A stretch of DNA of 64,000 bases from an uncultured Candidatus Nanopelagicus sp. (GCA_964506125.1 CAZDKV010000002.1:10924-74923), one strand, 5' to 3'; shown: positions 31,558 to 42,734, counted from the stretch's first letter. Made by a program: numbers and translations. Notes: a model not told the origin generated them from the letters alone.

Positions 31558-32211
31558 GTGAATTCAACCATAGCAATTGATAGCAATCTTCAAATTCAAG
31601 ATCTTGGTTTGATTGATTACCAATCTGCTTGGCAATTACAAAAACAGATTCAACAAGATGTTATTGAATCCAGATTGAAAAACACCCTCTTATTACTTGA
31701 GCATCCCTCTGTTTACACAGCTGGTCGCCGAACCGAACTCAAAGATCGTCCGATAGATGACACACCTGTAATTGATGTTGATCGGGGTGGCAAAATAACA
31801 TGGCATGGCCCAGGTCAAATTGTTGGTTACCCAATATTGAGATTGAAAAATGCAACTGATGTTGTTGGATTTGTTAGAGAGCTTGAAAGTGCACTAATTG
31901 AGGTATGTGAATACTTTGGGATAAAAGCAGAGCGCTACTGTGAGCGCAGCGGAGTTTGGATTAGAGATTCATCTGGAGATCGAAAGATAGCTGCCATCGG
32001 GTTACGGGTGGCAAAGGGCGTAACAATGCATGGCTTTGCCTTAAATGTGAACCCAAAACTTTCTGCATACGAAAAGATAATCCCATGTGGAATTGCAGGT
32101 GCCCAGGTAACCTCATTTGAGAAAGAGCTTGGTCGAACAATTCAAATCTCAGAGGTCAAACCTGTATTGCAACATTTCCTACTTCCTGTCCTAGAGAAAG
32201 TTTCGCAATGA
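31558..32211 (+). CDS. lipB: Lipoyl(octanoyl) transferase
   Basis: [27 protein letters not shown]. Confidence 0.96.
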   Translation: MNSTIAIDSNLQIQDLGLIDYQSAWQLQKQIQQDVIESRLKNTLLLLEHPSVYTAGRRTELKDRPIDDTPVIDVDRGGKITWHGPGQIVGYPILRLKNATDVVGFVRELESALIEVCEYFGIKAERYCERSGVWIRDSSGDRKIAAIGLRVAKGVTMHGFALNVNPKLSAYEKIIPCGIAGAQVTSFEKELGRTIQISEVKPVLQHFLLPVLEKVSQ

Positions 32212-33137
32212 ACACCGCTCCTAATGGTCGAAAGTTGCTTCGAATTGAAGCTCGAAACTCGCAAACGCCGATTGAGCGAAAACCAGAGTGGATTAAAACG
32301 CGAGCAAATATGGGACCGGAGTACACAAAGCTTCGCTCATTAGTTGCTAAAGAAGGTCTGCATACTGTTTGCCAAGAGGCGGCTTGCCCAAACATTTTTG
32401 AGTGCTGGGAGGACCGAGAGGCGACATTCTTAATTGGTGGTGAGGCTTGCACCAGAAGGTGCGATTTTTGCAATATAGATACTGGGAAGCCGCTGCCATT
32501 AGATAGAGATGAACCTAGAAGAGTTGCCCAATCGGTTAAGGCAATGAATTTAAAGTATGCAACTATCACTGGAGTAGCCCGTGATGACCTAGATGATGAG
32601 GGAGCTTGGCTCTACGCAGAGACTATCTCTCAGGTTCACCAGTTAAATCCTGGTGTTGGAGTTGAGATGTTGGCCCCTGATTTTTCTGGGCATGCACATT
32701 TACTAAATCAAGTATTTGAAACAAGACCTGAGGTCTTTGCGCATAACTTAGAGACCGTACCGCGAATTTTCAAACAGATCAGGCCGGCATTTAGATATGA
32801 AAGATCATTAGAGGTAATAACTCAGGCTAGAGATTTTGGTTTGATTACCAAATCAAATTTAATTCTTGGCATGGGTGAAACTCGAGAGGAGATTACTCAG
32901 GCACTAGTTGACTTACGTGGTGCCGGCTGTGATTTGATTACAATTACCCAGTACCTAAGGCCAACTGCAAAACACCATCCGGTGGTTCGATGGGTAAAAC
33001 CAAATGAATTTGTGGAGTTGAGTAAAGAGGCCCAAGAGATAGGTTTTCTTGGTGTTATGAGTGGTCCATTGGTACGTTCTAGCTATAGAGCAGGTCGCCT
33101 GTACAACCAAGCGATGGCTGCCCGAGCAGTTAAGTAA
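32208..33137 (+). CDS. lipA: Lipoyl synthase
   Basis: [24 protein letters not shown]. Confidence 0.98.
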   Translation: MNTAPNGRKLLRIEARNSQTPIERKPEWIKTRANMGPEYTKLRSLVAKEGLHTVCQEAACPNIFECWEDREATFLIGGEACTRRCDFCNIDTGKPLPLDRDEPRRVAQSVKAMNLKYATITGVARDDLDDEGAWLYAETISQVHQLNPGVGVEMLAPDFSGHAHLLNQVFETRPEVFAHNLETVPRIFKQIRPAFRYERSLEVITQARDFGLITKSNLILGMGETREEITQALVDLRGAGCDLITITQYLRPTAKHHPVVRWVKPNEFVELSKEAQEIGFLGVMSGPLVRSSYRAGRLYNQAMAARAVK

Positions 33138-33146
33138 GGGAGAAAA

Positions 33147-33851
33147 ATGTTTGGACGAAAGAAAAAGAAGGAAGCAGCAGCTGCTGGTAAGTCAGATGCG
33201 CCAAAGAAGCAATCGCAACTAGCGGTTGTAAAGGATGCTTATCGTTTAGTTAAGAAGGACTCTCCCCTAGCCATTCTTTGGTGTGCCGTTATATTCATCT
33301 TAGTTTTAACCTTTGGAATCATTATTGGTAATAACTTAGGACGTCCGATTTACGCCGGCATTTTAACTTTGCCTCTAGCATTTTTAGCAGCATTTTTTCT
33401 CTTCACTCGTTACGCAAACTCTGCTGCCTTTGCCTCTATTGAAGGTCAAATCGGCGCTGGAGCAAGTGTTTTAATGTCTATTCGCAGAGGATTTTTAACC
33501 ACACCTGCTGTAAATGTGAATCGTGATCAAGATATGGTCCATCGAGTATCTGCTAAAGCTGGAATTATTTTGGTAGGCGAAGGTGGTCATGGTCTTAAGT
33601 CATTAATGCAGGATGAACGACGAAAGATGGAGAGATTTCTCTCTGGCGTGCCGGTAACTGAGGTAATAGTTGGTGATGGTCAAGGCCAAGTTTCAATTCG
33701 AAAACTTCAAAAACATTTAAAGAAATTACCAAAGAAGTTAAATACCGCACAACTTCGAGAGATGCGAGCTAGATTAAGGTCAGTTGGTGGCTTAAATCTG
33801 CCAATGCCGAAGGGTCCAATTCCTACTAATCTAAAGATGCCACGTCGATAA
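33147..33851 (+). CDS. DUF4191 family protein
   Basis: Two TM helices, DMVHRV, PMPKGPIP; conserved position after lipA. Confidence 0.88.
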   Translation: MFGRKKKKEAAAAGKSDAPKKQSQLAVVKDAYRLVKKDSPLAILWCAVIFILVLTFGIIIGNNLGRPIYAGILTLPLAFLAAFFLFTRYANSAAFASIEGQIGAGASVLMSIRRGFLTTPAVNVNRDQDMVHRVSAKAGIILVGEGGHGLKSLMQDERRKMERFLSGVPVTEVIVGDGQGQVSIRKLQKHLKKLPKKLNTAQLREMRARLRSVGGLNLPMPKGPIPTNLKMPRR

Positions 33852-33854
33852 GGT

Positions 33855-34235
33855 TTAGTAACGCTCTCTTACCGTTTGGCTATTAGTAAAGTGATCATGC
33901 AATGCTCTGCCATTGTTGGTAAAGACGGCCGGTAGCACTAAACAAATAAGAAGTGTGCGAAGAAGTACTTTTGTTGGTTTTACCCTAGCTTGATCTGGAT
34001 AGGTAACTACCTTAATTGCCATAATTCGCTGACCAGCTGATGCTTGAAAGGTTATGGTGAATAAACAAACCTCAAGATAAAAAATGATCAGGGTGGCAAA
34101 TGTATTATCTGGAATCACCGACGGACTCAAAAGCGCAGCAATTAATCGGCACATAGTCCAATCAATCACCAGTGCCAAAAGCCGTCTGCCCAGGGAGGCA
34201 TCTGGCAACAAATTCGGGTTATTTTCCCAACTCAT
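33855..34235 (-). CDS. RDD family membrane protein
   Basis: ASLGRRLLALVIDW ... GRALHD; ATG 34235 follows TAGGGT by 7 nt. Confidence 0.85.
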   Translation of the reverse strand: MSWENNPNLLPDASLGRRLLALVIDWTMCRLIAALLSPSVIPDNTFATLIIFYLEVCLFTITFQASAGQRIMAIKVVTYPDQARVKPTKVLLRTLLICLVLPAVFTNNGRALHDHFTNSQTVRERY

Positions 34236-34265
34236 GCGGGCAACCCTAGCCCACTTGGGGTAAGC

Positions 34266-34292
34266 GAAACATAGATGTAACACGTGCTTCAC
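34266..34292 (+). promoter_or_regulatory. GlnR-type binding site upstream of glnA
   Basis: GAAAC-n6-GTAAC-n6-TTCAC, 11-bp periodic repeats; candidate -10 TAGGTT at 34314. Confidence 0.75.
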
Positions 34293-34381
34293 CGATTTTT
34301 CATTAATTTCTACTAGGTTTTACCCATCTGAAGCGGAGCAAAGTTGCCCTTCTTTCAGCAAAAATTATCCAAGGAGAATAG

Positions 34382-35812
34382 ATGTTTAAGAATTCCACAG
34401 AGATCTTCGATTACATCAAAAAGAATGATGTGAAGTTGATTGATGTCCGATTTATCGATCTACCAGGTATTCAACATCACTTTAATGTGCCGGTCGAGTC
34501 ATTTGATGAGAGCGTATTTAAAGATGGTTTGATGTTTGATGGATCATCAATTAGAGGCTTCCAATCAATCCATGAATCAGATATGAAGCTGTTGCCAGTT
34601 CCATCATCGGCATACCTTGATCCATTCCGTAAGGAAAAAACCTTAATCATTTTATTCTCAGTCCATAATCCAGATGACAACACTGCATACTCCAGGGATC
34701 CACGTGGCATAGTCGCTAAGGCTGTTGAATTTATGCGAGGCACGGGAATTGCTGACACCGCCTACTTTGCACCAGAGGCAGAGTTTTATGTATTTGATCG
34801 GATCAGATTTTTAACTGGCATGAATCAAGCTTTCCACCATATTGATTCTTATGAGGGAGCTTGGAACACCGGTATTGAAGAGGATGCCGATGGCACACCA
34901 AATCGTGGCTATCGCACCAGAATTAAAGGTGGCTACTTCCCAGTTTCACCAACTGATCAATTTGCCGATCTACGTGATGAGATGGTGATGAACCTAGGCA
35001 AGGTTGGTTTGCAAGTTGAGCGAGCCCACCATGAGGTTGGCACAGCTGGCCAGATGGAGATCAACTATCGGTTCAGCGATATTTTGACTGCTGGCGATGA
35101 GTTAATGAAATTCAAATACATCATTAAGAACACCGCTTGGGCGGCGGGCAAAACCGCAACCTTTATGCCAAAGCCATTATTTGGCGATAACGGAAGTGGA
35201 ATGCATGTTCACCAATCACTTTGGAAAGATGGTAAGCCACTGTTTTGGGGAGATGGTTATGCAAATCTTTCAGATACCGCCCGTTGGTACATTGGCGGTT
35301 TGTTAAAGCATGCACCAAGCTTGCTCGCCTTTACTAATCCAACCGTCAACTCATATAAGCGATTAGTTCCAGGTTATGAAGCGCCAGTTAATCTGGTCTA
35401 CTCTGCAAGAAACAGATCAGCTTGTATTCGAATTCCAATTACTGGATCTAATCCAAAGGCAAAACGAATTGAGTTCCGTTGCCCAGATCCATCATCTAAT
35501 CCATATCTAGCTTTTGCGGCTATGTTGATGGCTGGTATCGATGGAATTCAAAACAAGATTGAACCACCGAAGCCAGTTGATAAAGATCTCTATGAGTTGG
35601 AAGGGGAAGAAGCAAAGGCGATTCCACAGGTTCCTGGCTCACTTGATGCCGTTCTTGATAACTTAGAACGTGATAATGAGTTCTTAACTCGCGGCGGGGT
35701 CTTCACTAAAGATCTTGTTGATACTTGGATTGAGTTCAAGCGCAAACAAGAAGTGGATTACGTCAGATTGCGACCACATCCAGCTGAGTTTGAGCTTTAC
35801 TACGATCTCTAA
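34382..35812 (+). CDS. glnA: Type I glutamine synthetase
   Basis: [30 protein letters not shown] adenylylation site. Confidence 0.98.
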   Translation: MFKNSTEIFDYIKKNDVKLIDVRFIDLPGIQHHFNVPVESFDESVFKDGLMFDGSSIRGFQSIHESDMKLLPVPSSAYLDPFRKEKTLIILFSVHNPDDNTAYSRDPRGIVAKAVEFMRGTGIADTAYFAPEAEFYVFDRIRFLTGMNQAFHHIDSYEGAWNTGIEEDADGTPNRGYRTRIKGGYFPVSPTDQFADLRDEMVMNLGKVGLQVERAHHEVGTAGQMEINYRFSDILTAGDELMKFKYIIKNTAWAAGKTATFMPKPLFGDNGSGMHVHQSLWKDGKPLFWGDGYANLSDTARWYIGGLLKHAPSLLAFTNPTVNSYKRLVPGYEAPVNLVYSARNRSACIRIPITGSNPKAKRIEFRCPDPSSNPYLAFAAMLMAGIDGIQNKIEPPKPVDKDLYELEGEEAKAIPQVPGSLDAVLDNLERDNEFLTRGGVFTKDLVDTWIEFKRKQEVDYVRLRPHPAEFELYYDL

Positions 35813-35822
35813 GATATTGCAG

Positions 35823-35859
35823 ATAATGCCTCGGTTAACCACCGGGGCATTATTTTTTT
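35823..35859 (+). terminator. Intrinsic terminator of glnA
   Basis: ATAATGCCTCGGT...ACCGGGGCATTAT plus T run. Confidence 0.88.
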
Positions 35860-36385
35860 AGAGCCTACTTCTTCTGCGGTATGAGTAGATAGCAAAAAAT
35901 AAACCTGAGACTATAAAAATCGCTGAGGCTAAATAAACCGCTATCGGGTAGTTAACCTCCTCTTCCTCTACTACTCCTTGGGCAGTTTCTACCCCGATTC
36001 CATATGTGAATGTGTACTCACCCTCTACCGGATGGCCATCACCTGAGATAACTCGGTAGTAAACCAGTACTGGTCCTTGCACTTGGTTTGGGGTAAGGGT
36101 TACGGTAATAGTGTTGTCAGTTAGTAACTCATCATCATTGCTAACCTGATCTCCAGCAGCATTATTGACAACAACAAAGTTGGCTTTTTCATCACCTAAA
36201 TTTTGTAACACCTCATCAAACTCTAAAGTTATCTCTGAGGGCCACTCAGCTACCTGAGTGCCGGCAGCAGGAGTTTGCAGCAAAAGATTGGTGTGGGCCA
36301 TGACAGGTGAAGTGGCGGTTGAAATTGCTAGAAGTGTTGTAACAGTTACCGCAGCTATCTGGCCTTTGGCTTTAATAAATCTCAC
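35858..36385 (-). CDS. copC: CopC family metal-binding protein with C-terminal membrane anchor
   Basis: Signal peptide then His at +1 (MA-HTNLL); YRVISGDGHPVEG. Confidence 0.85.
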   Translation of the reverse strand: MRFIKAKGQIAAVTVTTLLAISTATSPVMAHTNLLLQTPAAGTQVAEWPSEITLEFDEVLQNLGDEKANFVVVNNAAGDQVSNDDELLTDNTITVTLTPNQVQGPVLVYYRVISGDGHPVEGEYTFTYGIGVETAQGVVEEEEVNYPIAVYLASAIFIVSGLFFAIYSYRRRSRL

Positions 36386-36425
36386 TTAGACACAATAACA
36401 ACTCCTTTTGACTCTTTATTGCAGA

Positions 36426-36441
36426 TGCAAATGATTTGCAA
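36426..36441. promoter_or_regulatory. Nur-like (Fur family) operator overlapping the nikM promoter
   Basis: TGCAA-ATGAT-TTGCAA palindrome between TTGCAG (-35) and TAACAT (-10), which are 17 nt apart. Confidence 0.7.
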
Positions 36442-36453
36442 TAACATATGGGG

Positions 36454-37125
36454 GTGCATATCCCAGATGGCTTTATCGACCTTCCAACCTCAGCTGCCTT
36501 TGCAGCCGCCTCCGCAATCGCAGTTGCCGGGGCGGTTAAAGGAGCCAGAAGGCAGTTAAGTGAGCAGAGCGCTCCCCTTGCCGGATTAACAGCGGTATTT
36601 ATATTCGCAGTCCAGATGCTTAATTTCCCGGTTGCAGCTGGAACTAGTGGTCATTTGATTGGCGCTGCCCTTGCAATGGTCTTAGTTGGCCCCTATGCCG
36701 CAACTTTGGCACTAGTAGTTGTGTTAATTATTCAAGCCTTTCTCTTTGCCGATGGTGGTTTAACCGCACTTGGCTTAAGTATTTTCAACATGGCGGTAAT
36801 CAGTGTTTGGGTGAGTTTTGCAGTATTTATGGTTTTAAAGAAGCTACTACCTAAAACAAAATCCTGGCTAGTAGTAGCAACCTTTGTATCGGCACTCATC
36901 TCAGTTCCAGCCGCTGCAGTTGGCTTTGTAATTCAATATGCAATCGGTGCTAATGCTACTTTTTCTGTGGGAGCAGTTTTAAATGCAATGGTTGGAACAC
37001 ATATTTTAATCGGAATTGGTGAGGCAATTATTACCGCACTTACAGTAAGTGCCGTTTTAGCTAGCCGTTCGGATCTCGTTTTTGGTTGGGATAAAAAGAA
37101 TACAACCCTTGAGATCAGGTCTTAA
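36454..37125 (+). CDS. cbiM: Ni/Co ECF transporter S component (CbiM/NikM)
   Basis: Start must be GTG 36454 to give the metal-binding N-terminus MHIPDGF; GTSGH. Confidence 0.92.
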   Translation: MHIPDGFIDLPTSAAFAAASAIAVAGAVKGARRQLSEQSAPLAGLTAVFIFAVQMLNFPVAAGTSGHLIGAALAMVLVGPYAATLALVVVLIIQAFLFADGGLTALGLSIFNMAVISVWVSFAVFMVLKKLLPKTKSWLVVATFVSALISVPAAAVGFVIQYAIGANATFSVGAVLNAMVGTHILIGIGEAIITALTVSAVLASRSDLVFGWDKKNTTLEIRS

Positions 37126-37128
37126 GGT

Positions 37129-37440
37129 ATGAAAATTTCAAATCGCAAGTTTTTCGCCGCAGCTCTATTAGTGAGCGCTTTATTAGCAGGTGTTGTGTCT
37201 TTCTATGCCTCATCATCACCTGATGGTTTAGAGAAAGTGGCTGAAGATGTTGGTTTCATTGAAACTGCAAAAGAGCATACCTTTGGCAATTTCACCTTAT
37301 CTGACTACGGTATATCTGGCTTGGAAAATGCTCGACTTTCAGTCGGTTTTGCTGGACTGATCGGTGTGATAGTTACTGCTCTGATCGCTATGGGCTTGTT
37401 TATGTTAATCCGAAAGAAAGCACCTACAAAAAATCAATAA
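37129..37440 (+). CDS. PDGLE-domain protein (NikN-like)
   Basis: ASSSPDGLEKVA, two TM helices. Confidence 0.9.
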   Translation: MKISNRKFFAAALLVSALLAGVVSFYASSSPDGLEKVAEDVGFIETAKEHTFGNFTLSDYGISGLENARLSVGFAGLIGVIVTALIAMGLFMLIRKKAPTKNQ

Positions 37441-37456
37441 TTTAGCCAGTAAAGAA

Positions 37457-38248
37457 ATATCTGATCACCATCACGGACATGATGTTGGCGAGCGCCTTTA
37501 TCTGCACCGTCACTCAATAGTTCACCAAATTCCATCTCACATTAAAATTATTGCTGGTCTACTATTTATAATCGTGGCCGTTTCTACCGATATCTCAAAT
37601 TGGCCAGCATTTATCGCCTTTTTTTTAATAATTATTACCGTAACTCAGATTGCCAAATTACCTATCGCCACAGTGGCAAAACGTTCACTGATTGAGATTC
37701 CCTTTATATTTTTTGCCTTATTAATGCCTTTTTTTGGCAGTGGTGAGCGGTTTGAGGTGGGTTCACTAAATCTATATCGAGATGGACTGCTGGCAGGAGC
37801 AAGCATTGTTGCCAAAGGCACCTTAGGAATTTTAGTAGCAATAAATCTCTCTGCCACCACCACCGCTCGGGAAATCTTGCGTGGGCTTGAGATTTTAAAA
37901 ATGCCTACTCCAATGGTGCAAATAGCTTCCTTCATGCTTCGCTACATAAATGTGGTAAATGATGAGATGCAAAGAATGGCAATTGCCCGATCAGCTAGAG
38001 GGTTTGAGGCTACTGGTATCAAGCAGTGGCCAATACTTGCAACTGCCGCAGGTGCTCTATTTATTAGATCATATGAACGAGGTGAGCGAGTTCATCTAGC
38101 AATGATCGCTCGTGGATATCAAGGTGATCTTCCCAAAGAAGAGAGAGTACCTAATTATCCAAGACACTGGGTTATTGCTCTTTCTATTCCAGCTCTAGCA
38201 CTGGTGATATCAATTCTTAGTAGCGGGTTAGGATCAATCAATGGTTAA
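37457..38248 (+). CDS. cbiQ: Ni/Co ECF T component; probable ATA start
   Basis: In-frame SDHHHGHDVGERLYLHRHSIVHQIPSHIKI lies upstream of the first canonical start (37574); LFIRSYERGERVHLAMIARGY. Confidence 0.85.
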   Translation: MSDHHHGHDVGERLYLHRHSIVHQIPSHIKIIAGLLFIIVAVSTDISNWPAFIAFFLIIITVTQIAKLPIATVAKRSLIEIPFIFFALLMPFFGSGERFEVGSLNLYRDGLLAGASIVAKGTLGILVAINLSATTTAREILRGLEILKMPTPMVQIASFMLRYINVVNDEMQRMAIARSARGFEATGIKQWPILATAAGALFIRSYERGERVHLAMIARGYQGDLPKEERVPNYPRHWVIALSIPALALVISILSSGLGSING

Positions 38249-38987
38249 TCCAAGTGATTCATTAGTTATTGAAGAACTGGCTTTTGCCTACCCAGATGGT
38301 AATCAAGCTTTATATGGCGTTAATCTAACTATCAAGCAGGGTGAAAGAGTTGCTCTCCTTGGACCAAATGGTGCTGGTAAAACTACATTAATTTTGCACT
38401 TAAATGGAATTTTGTCTTCTGGCCATGGAAAAGTTTTTGTTGCTGGCAAGTTGGTAGATAGCAGCGATAAAGAAGCTTTGAAACAGATAAGATCAAAGGT
38501 AGGAATTGTTTTTCAAGACCCCGATGATCAATTGTTTATGCCAACAGTTGGTCAAGATGTGGCATTTGGTCCTTACAACATGGGGATTAGAGATAGTGAA
38601 CTAAACAAAATTGTTGAGGATTCACTCTCACTGGTTGGAATGCTTGAATATAAAGACCGTCCACCCCATCACTTATCATTTGGGCAACGAAGAAGAGTTG
38701 CAGTAGCAACTGTCTTAGCGATGAAGCCTGAGATTTTGGTTCTAGATGAACCATCATCAAATCTTGATCCAGCAAGTAGGCGCGAATTAGCCGATATTTT
38801 AAGATCTCTAGATATAACAATGATCATGGTCACTCATGATCTGCCATACGCCAATGAGTTATGTGAAAGAGCTTTAATTCTCTCCGGGGGAGTTATTGCA
38901 GCAGATGGCAAAACATCAGATTTGTTAAAGAATAGTGCGCTTTTGAAGCAGCATAGATTAGAGCTGCCAGTTGGATTTAGCCTCTAA
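38241..38987 (+). CDS. cbiO: ECF transporter ATPase
   Basis: [26 protein letters not shown]. Confidence 0.93.
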   Translation: MVNPSDSLVIEELAFAYPDGNQALYGVNLTIKQGERVALLGPNGAGKTTLILHLNGILSSGHGKVFVAGKLVDSSDKEALKQIRSKVGIVFQDPDDQLFMPTVGQDVAFGPYNMGIRDSELNKIVEDSLSLVGMLEYKDRPPHHLSFGQRRRVAVATVLAMKPEILVLDEPSSNLDPASRRELADILRSLDITMIMVTHDLPYANELCERALILSGGVIAADGKTSDLLKNSALLKQHRLELPVGFSL

Positions 38988-39814
38988 TCAACATACAAAT
39001 CGTTAATAAACTCCTTGGTGCCAGGAACTACTGCGTACTTATCTAAATCCACAATACCTTCACTGGCCAGCACTTCATCATCAATATAAAAGTTACCGCT
39101 GCACTCTTTGCCTGGGCGATTTAAAATTATGTAAGCTGAGTCAGAGATAATCTCAGTGGTTCGGCAAAATGCAGTATCAACACCTGGAATCATTGCTAAA
39201 GCGGCAGTATCAATTGCCGTTCTTGGCCAAAGTGCATTGACGCCAATGCCATCCTTCTTCAACTCATCGGCCAATCCCAAAACACACATACTCATTCCAT
39301 ACTTTGCCATTGTGTAGGCAAGGTGGGGCTTAAACCATTTACCTTTCATTGATAATGGTGGTGAGAGCATCAAAATATGTGGATTTCGCCCCTCTTGCGC
39401 ACTCTTTCTTAAGTGCGGAAGGCAAGCCTGTGAGGTTAAAAATGTACCTCGGGTATTAACCCCCATCATCAAATCAAATCTCTTTGCCGGGGTGTTTTCA
39501 GTATTAGTTAAATTGATTGCAGAGGCGTTATTAATCAAGATATCAATTCCGCCAAATTCATTTGCTGCCTGCTCCACCGCCTGAGTAATTTGATTTTCAT
39601 CTCGAATATCGCATTGAATTGCCAAAGCTTTCCCACCTGCTGCTTCAATATCCTTTGCAGCGGTAAATATAGTGCCAGGTAATTTTGGGTGAACCTCTGC
39701 AGTCTTAGCAGCGATAGCAATCGATGCACCATCTTTTGCAGCTCTTAATGCAATTGCTAAGCCAATACCGCGTGAACCACCAGTGACAAAAATTCGCTTG
39801 CCAGCTAAAGACAT
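38984..39814 (-). CDS. Short-chain dehydrogenase (HSDL2-like)
   Basis: TGGSRGIG, NNASAI, YTMAK. Confidence 0.9.
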   Translation of the reverse strand: MSLAGKRIFVTGGSRGIGLAIALRAAKDGASIAIAAKTAEVHPKLPGTIFTAAKDIEAAGGKALAIQCDIRDENQITQAVEQAANEFGGIDILINNASAINLTNTENTPAKRFDLMMGVNTRGTFLTSQACLPHLRKSAQEGRNPHILMLSPPLSMKGKWFKPHLAYTMAKYGMSMCVLGLADELKKDGIGVNALWPRTAIDTAALAMIPGVDTAFCRTTEIISDSAYIILNRPGKECSGNFYIDDEVLASEGIVDLDKYAVVPGTKEFINDLYVD

Positions 39815-40563
39815 TACTTGACCTTACTCTTCTTTGCTAAAAAGTTCATAAAAGCCATTTGCGCCTCTTCAGATTGCGTTGCTAACTTAAACAACTCCCC
39901 TTCGGCCAGCATCACCTGATTTAACGCCTCATGTGATGAACTCTTTAAAAGTGCTTTGGTGTTAATTACCGCAGTTGGCGGTTGTTCGGCGATTTCCTCG
40001 GCAAATGCCATGGCAGCCGATAATTCATCTTGGGCGATGGAATTAATTAGACCCATCTCCAACGCCTCTTGGGCAGAAAATGTTCGCCCGGTAAAAAATA
40101 TTTCAGCAGCTTTAGCATGCCCAACTAGCCTTGGAAACAGGTAGCTTGAACCACCCTCGGCAACTAGCCCAAGTGAAACAAATGGCATAGAAAACTTTGT
40201 CTCTGGATTTGCGGTAACAAGATCGCAGTGCATCAGCATCGTGGTACCAATTCCCACCGCTCTGCCCTTTACTGCAGCAATTAGAGGCTTTGGAAAGTTA
40301 TGAATAGCAAATAAGAAACTAAATACTGGAGATCCTTCATCCATTTGCGGATCATTAGCAAAATCATTTATGTCATTACCGGCAGTAAAAGAATCACCAT
40401 TTGCGCAGATAACAACAGCTCGAATTCCAAAATCAGATGCGGCTTCATTTATTTTATTTGCCAACGTTTGATACATCTCTTGGGTAATTGCATTTTTCTT
40501 ATCTGGCCTATCCAAGGTAAGGCGTAACACCGCGCCAATTTGTTCTGATTTAATAAAACTCAT
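39814..40563 (-). CDS. Enoyl-CoA hydratase/isomerase
   Basis: RPDKKNA, FTAGND, AVGIGTT; ATG 40563 follows TACTAT by 6 nt. Confidence 0.9.
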   Translation of the reverse strand: MSFIKSEQIGAVLRLTLDRPDKKNAITQEMYQTLANKINEAASDFGIRAVVICANGDSFTAGNDINDFANDPQMDEGSPVFSFLFAIHNFPKPLIAAVKGRAVGIGTTMLMHCDLVTANPETKFSMPFVSLGLVAEGGSSYLFPRLVGHAKAAEIFFTGRTFSAQEALEMGLINSIAQDELSAAMAFAEEIAEQPPTAVINTKALLKSSSHEALNQVMLAEGELFKLATQSEEAQMAFMNFLAKKSKVK

Positions 40564-40655
40564 GCCGCAATAGTAAGCGCAAATCGCCATAGTTGCACTT
40601 AGTTGAAATCTGGGGGTTTCCCGGAGGAGAATATATCGGCAGCGTTCATTGGAGA

Positions 40656-40982
40656 ATGACTTTGGATGTCAGTATCCTGCTTCGGCAGCTAACCCCATTT
40701 GAAAAGTTAGTCTGTGAACACCTCTGTGATGGTTTAACCAACTCTGCCATAGCCAAAGCAACCGCTCACACCGAAAAGGTTATTGAAAACACCGTATCTC
40801 GAGTTGCCCATGCTTTTGCCATCAAATCAAATGGTGAGGTAAATGTTCGAGTGCTATTAGCTCTTGCTTATCGAACCCATTTTGGTGATAAAGCCTTTGA
40901 TAAATTGGGAGTCACTTGCCAAAATCAGATTATTGGCCCAAATGGTGAACACATCTGTTCCCAACATATGAAGGAGAGTTAA
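40656..40982 (+). CDS. Stand-alone LuxR-type HTH protein
   Basis: LTPFEKLVCEHLCDGLTNSAIA...EKVIENTVSR. Confidence 0.75.
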   Translation: MTLDVSILLRQLTPFEKLVCEHLCDGLTNSAIAKATAHTEKVIENTVSRVAHAFAIKSNGEVNVRVLLALAYRTHFGDKAFDKLGVTCQNQIIGPNGEHICSQHMKES

Positions 40983-41014
40983 AAAGTAACCTCTTTAAAA
41001 GTTGCGCAGAATCT

Positions 41015-41054
41015 AAAAAAATAAACCCCTAGATTTCAAATCACCTAGGGGTTT
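41015..41054 (-). terminator. Intrinsic terminator of ino1, possibly bidirectional
   Basis: AAACCCCTAG...CTAGGGGTTT stem with an A tract on the left. Confidence 0.75.
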
Positions 41055-41066
41055 GCCTTTGACTAC

Positions 41067-42161
41067 TTATCTTTCGATACTGCCGGCAATGAACTGCTCC
41101 ACCTTTTGATAGGCCTGCTCATCTGTGTATTGAATAGGTGGTGATTTCATAAAGTAGCTCGATGGTGAAAGAAGTGGTCCACCAATTTTGCGATCTAAAG
41201 CAATCTTGGCACAACGAAGTGCATCAATGATGACACCTGCTGAGTTTGGCGAATCCCAAACCTCTAGCTTGTACTCAAGATTTAGCGGCACATCGCCAAA
41301 TGCTCGACCTTCAAGTCGAACATATGCCCACTTTCGATCATCTAGCCATGGGATGTAATCAGATGGTCCGATATGCACATTCTTATCACCCAACTCATAA
41401 TCTAATTGCGAGGTAACAGATTGGGTTTTAGAGATTTTCTTAGACTCTAAGCGATCTCGCTCCAACATATTTTTGAAATCCATATTGCCACCAACATTTA
41501 ATTGGTAGGTACGGTCTAGGTGAACCCCACGATCTTGGAACAGCTTGGCCATTATTCGATGGGTAATAGTTGCACCAACCTGAGATTTAATATCATCGCC
41601 AACAATTGGAATTCCAGCCTTTGTGAACTTATCGGCCCAAACTGGATCAGAGGCGATAAATACTGGCAAGGCGTTAACAAAGGCGCAGCCAGCATCAATT
41701 GAGCACTGGGCGTAAAACTTTGCTGCCTCTTCAGAGCCCACCGGTAGGTAACAGATTAAAACATCAACCTTGTTTGCCTTTAGCTCAGCTACAACATCAA
41801 CTGCTGGTGCATCTGATTCTTTTATCGTTTCTTTGTAGTAACGACCAAGGCCATCTAATGTGGTGCCTCGTTTGACTACTACGCCTGTCTTAGCAACTGT
41901 GGCAAATTTAATTGTATTGTTCTCACTTGCCCAAATCGCATCTGCTAAATCTAAGCCAACCTTTTTGGCATCAACATCTAGGGCCAGGACAAAGTTGATA
42001 TTCTTAATGTGATAGCCACCAAGTACTGGGTGCATCAAACCAGGAATCTCGGTTTCGTTAGTAGCATCCTTGTAATAGGTAATTCCTTGGATCAATGAGT
42101 TGGCGCAGTTTCCTACTCCAACTATTGCTACCCGGATCTCCCCTTTATTTTCTACGCTCAC
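41067..42161 (-). CDS. ino1: myo-Inositol-1-phosphate synthase
   Basis: [25 protein letters not shown]; GTG 42161 overlaps the padR stop. Confidence 0.96.
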   Translation of the reverse strand: MSVENKGEIRVAIVGVGNCANSLIQGITYYKDATNETEIPGLMHPVLGGYHIKNINFVLALDVDAKKVGLDLADAIWASENNTIKFATVAKTGVVVKRGTTLDGLGRYYKETIKESDAPAVDVVAELKANKVDVLICYLPVGSEEAAKFYAQCSIDAGCAFVNALPVFIASDPVWADKFTKAGIPIVGDDIKSQVGATITHRIMAKLFQDRGVHLDRTYQLNVGGNMDFKNMLERDRLESKKISKTQSVTSQLDYELGDKNVHIGPSDYIPWLDDRKWAYVRLEGRAFGDVPLNLEYKLEVWDSPNSAGVIIDALRCAKIALDRKIGGPLLSPSSYFMKSPPIQYTDEQAYQKVEQFIAGSIER

Positions 42162-42700
42162 GAGCTCTTCCTTTCGGTTTTTATCATCTCTTCCAGCCAA
42201 GCGATCTCTCGCTCTGCTGATTCCAATGAGTGACGGCGCCACTCAACTAAATAGGTATCAATACCCTCCGGAATTTTTGCTAGATCTTTTCGAACGATCT
42301 CCGCCTTCTCCACCAATCTGCGATGGCGTCCTTCTAAAATTCTTACTCGGTTATTTCTTGGCGTTGGTCCAAAAAATGCAAACCGCACCTCAAACCCCTC
42401 ATCCTCAAATGAGTCAGGGCTGGCACTTTGCATTAGGGATGAAAAACGCTCCTTACCTTTAGCGGTTAGGTCATAAACAATTCGAGATCTCCTCGATAGG
42501 CCACCAGCATCGGCAAATGACTCCTCAATTAAATTTGCCTCTAACATTTTGCGAAGCTGCGGATACAGAACTGAGAAACTTAATGCCCGAAATGGTCCAT
42601 AGATAGCACTCATCCGCTTTCGTAACTCATACCCATGTAGTGGGCCTTGTGAGAGCAGGCCAAGGAGAGCAAACTCCAAGGACTGGGCACGGGATTTCAC
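42158..42700 (-). CDS. PadR family regulator (Rv0047c-like)
   Basis: [17 protein letters not shown]; coupled to ino1. Confidence 0.9.
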   Translation of the reverse strand: MKSRAQSLEFALLGLLSQGPLHGYELRKRMSAIYGPFRALSFSVLYPQLRKMLEANLIEESFADAGGLSRRSRIVYDLTAKGKERFSSLMQSASPDSFEDEGFEVRFAFFGPTPRNNRVRILEGRHRRLVEKAEIVRKDLAKIPEGIDTYLVEWRRHSLESAEREIAWLEEMIKTERKSS

Positions 42701-42721
42701 AGCTTTCCTATCTACTAGATA

Positions 42722-42734
42722 TATCGAATCGATA
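42722..42734. promoter_or_regulatory. Palindromic operator upstream of padR-ino1
   Basis: TATCGA-A-TCGATA perfect inverted repeat. Confidence 0.55.

Noticed and set aside
34236-34292. N-terminal extension of the RDD ORF in the track; likewise ino1 (42242), ctaE (1908), LuxR (40593), cbiM (36448)
   Set aside because: The extensions run over promoters, operators or neighbouring genes; downstream starts fit homology and promoter spacing better.
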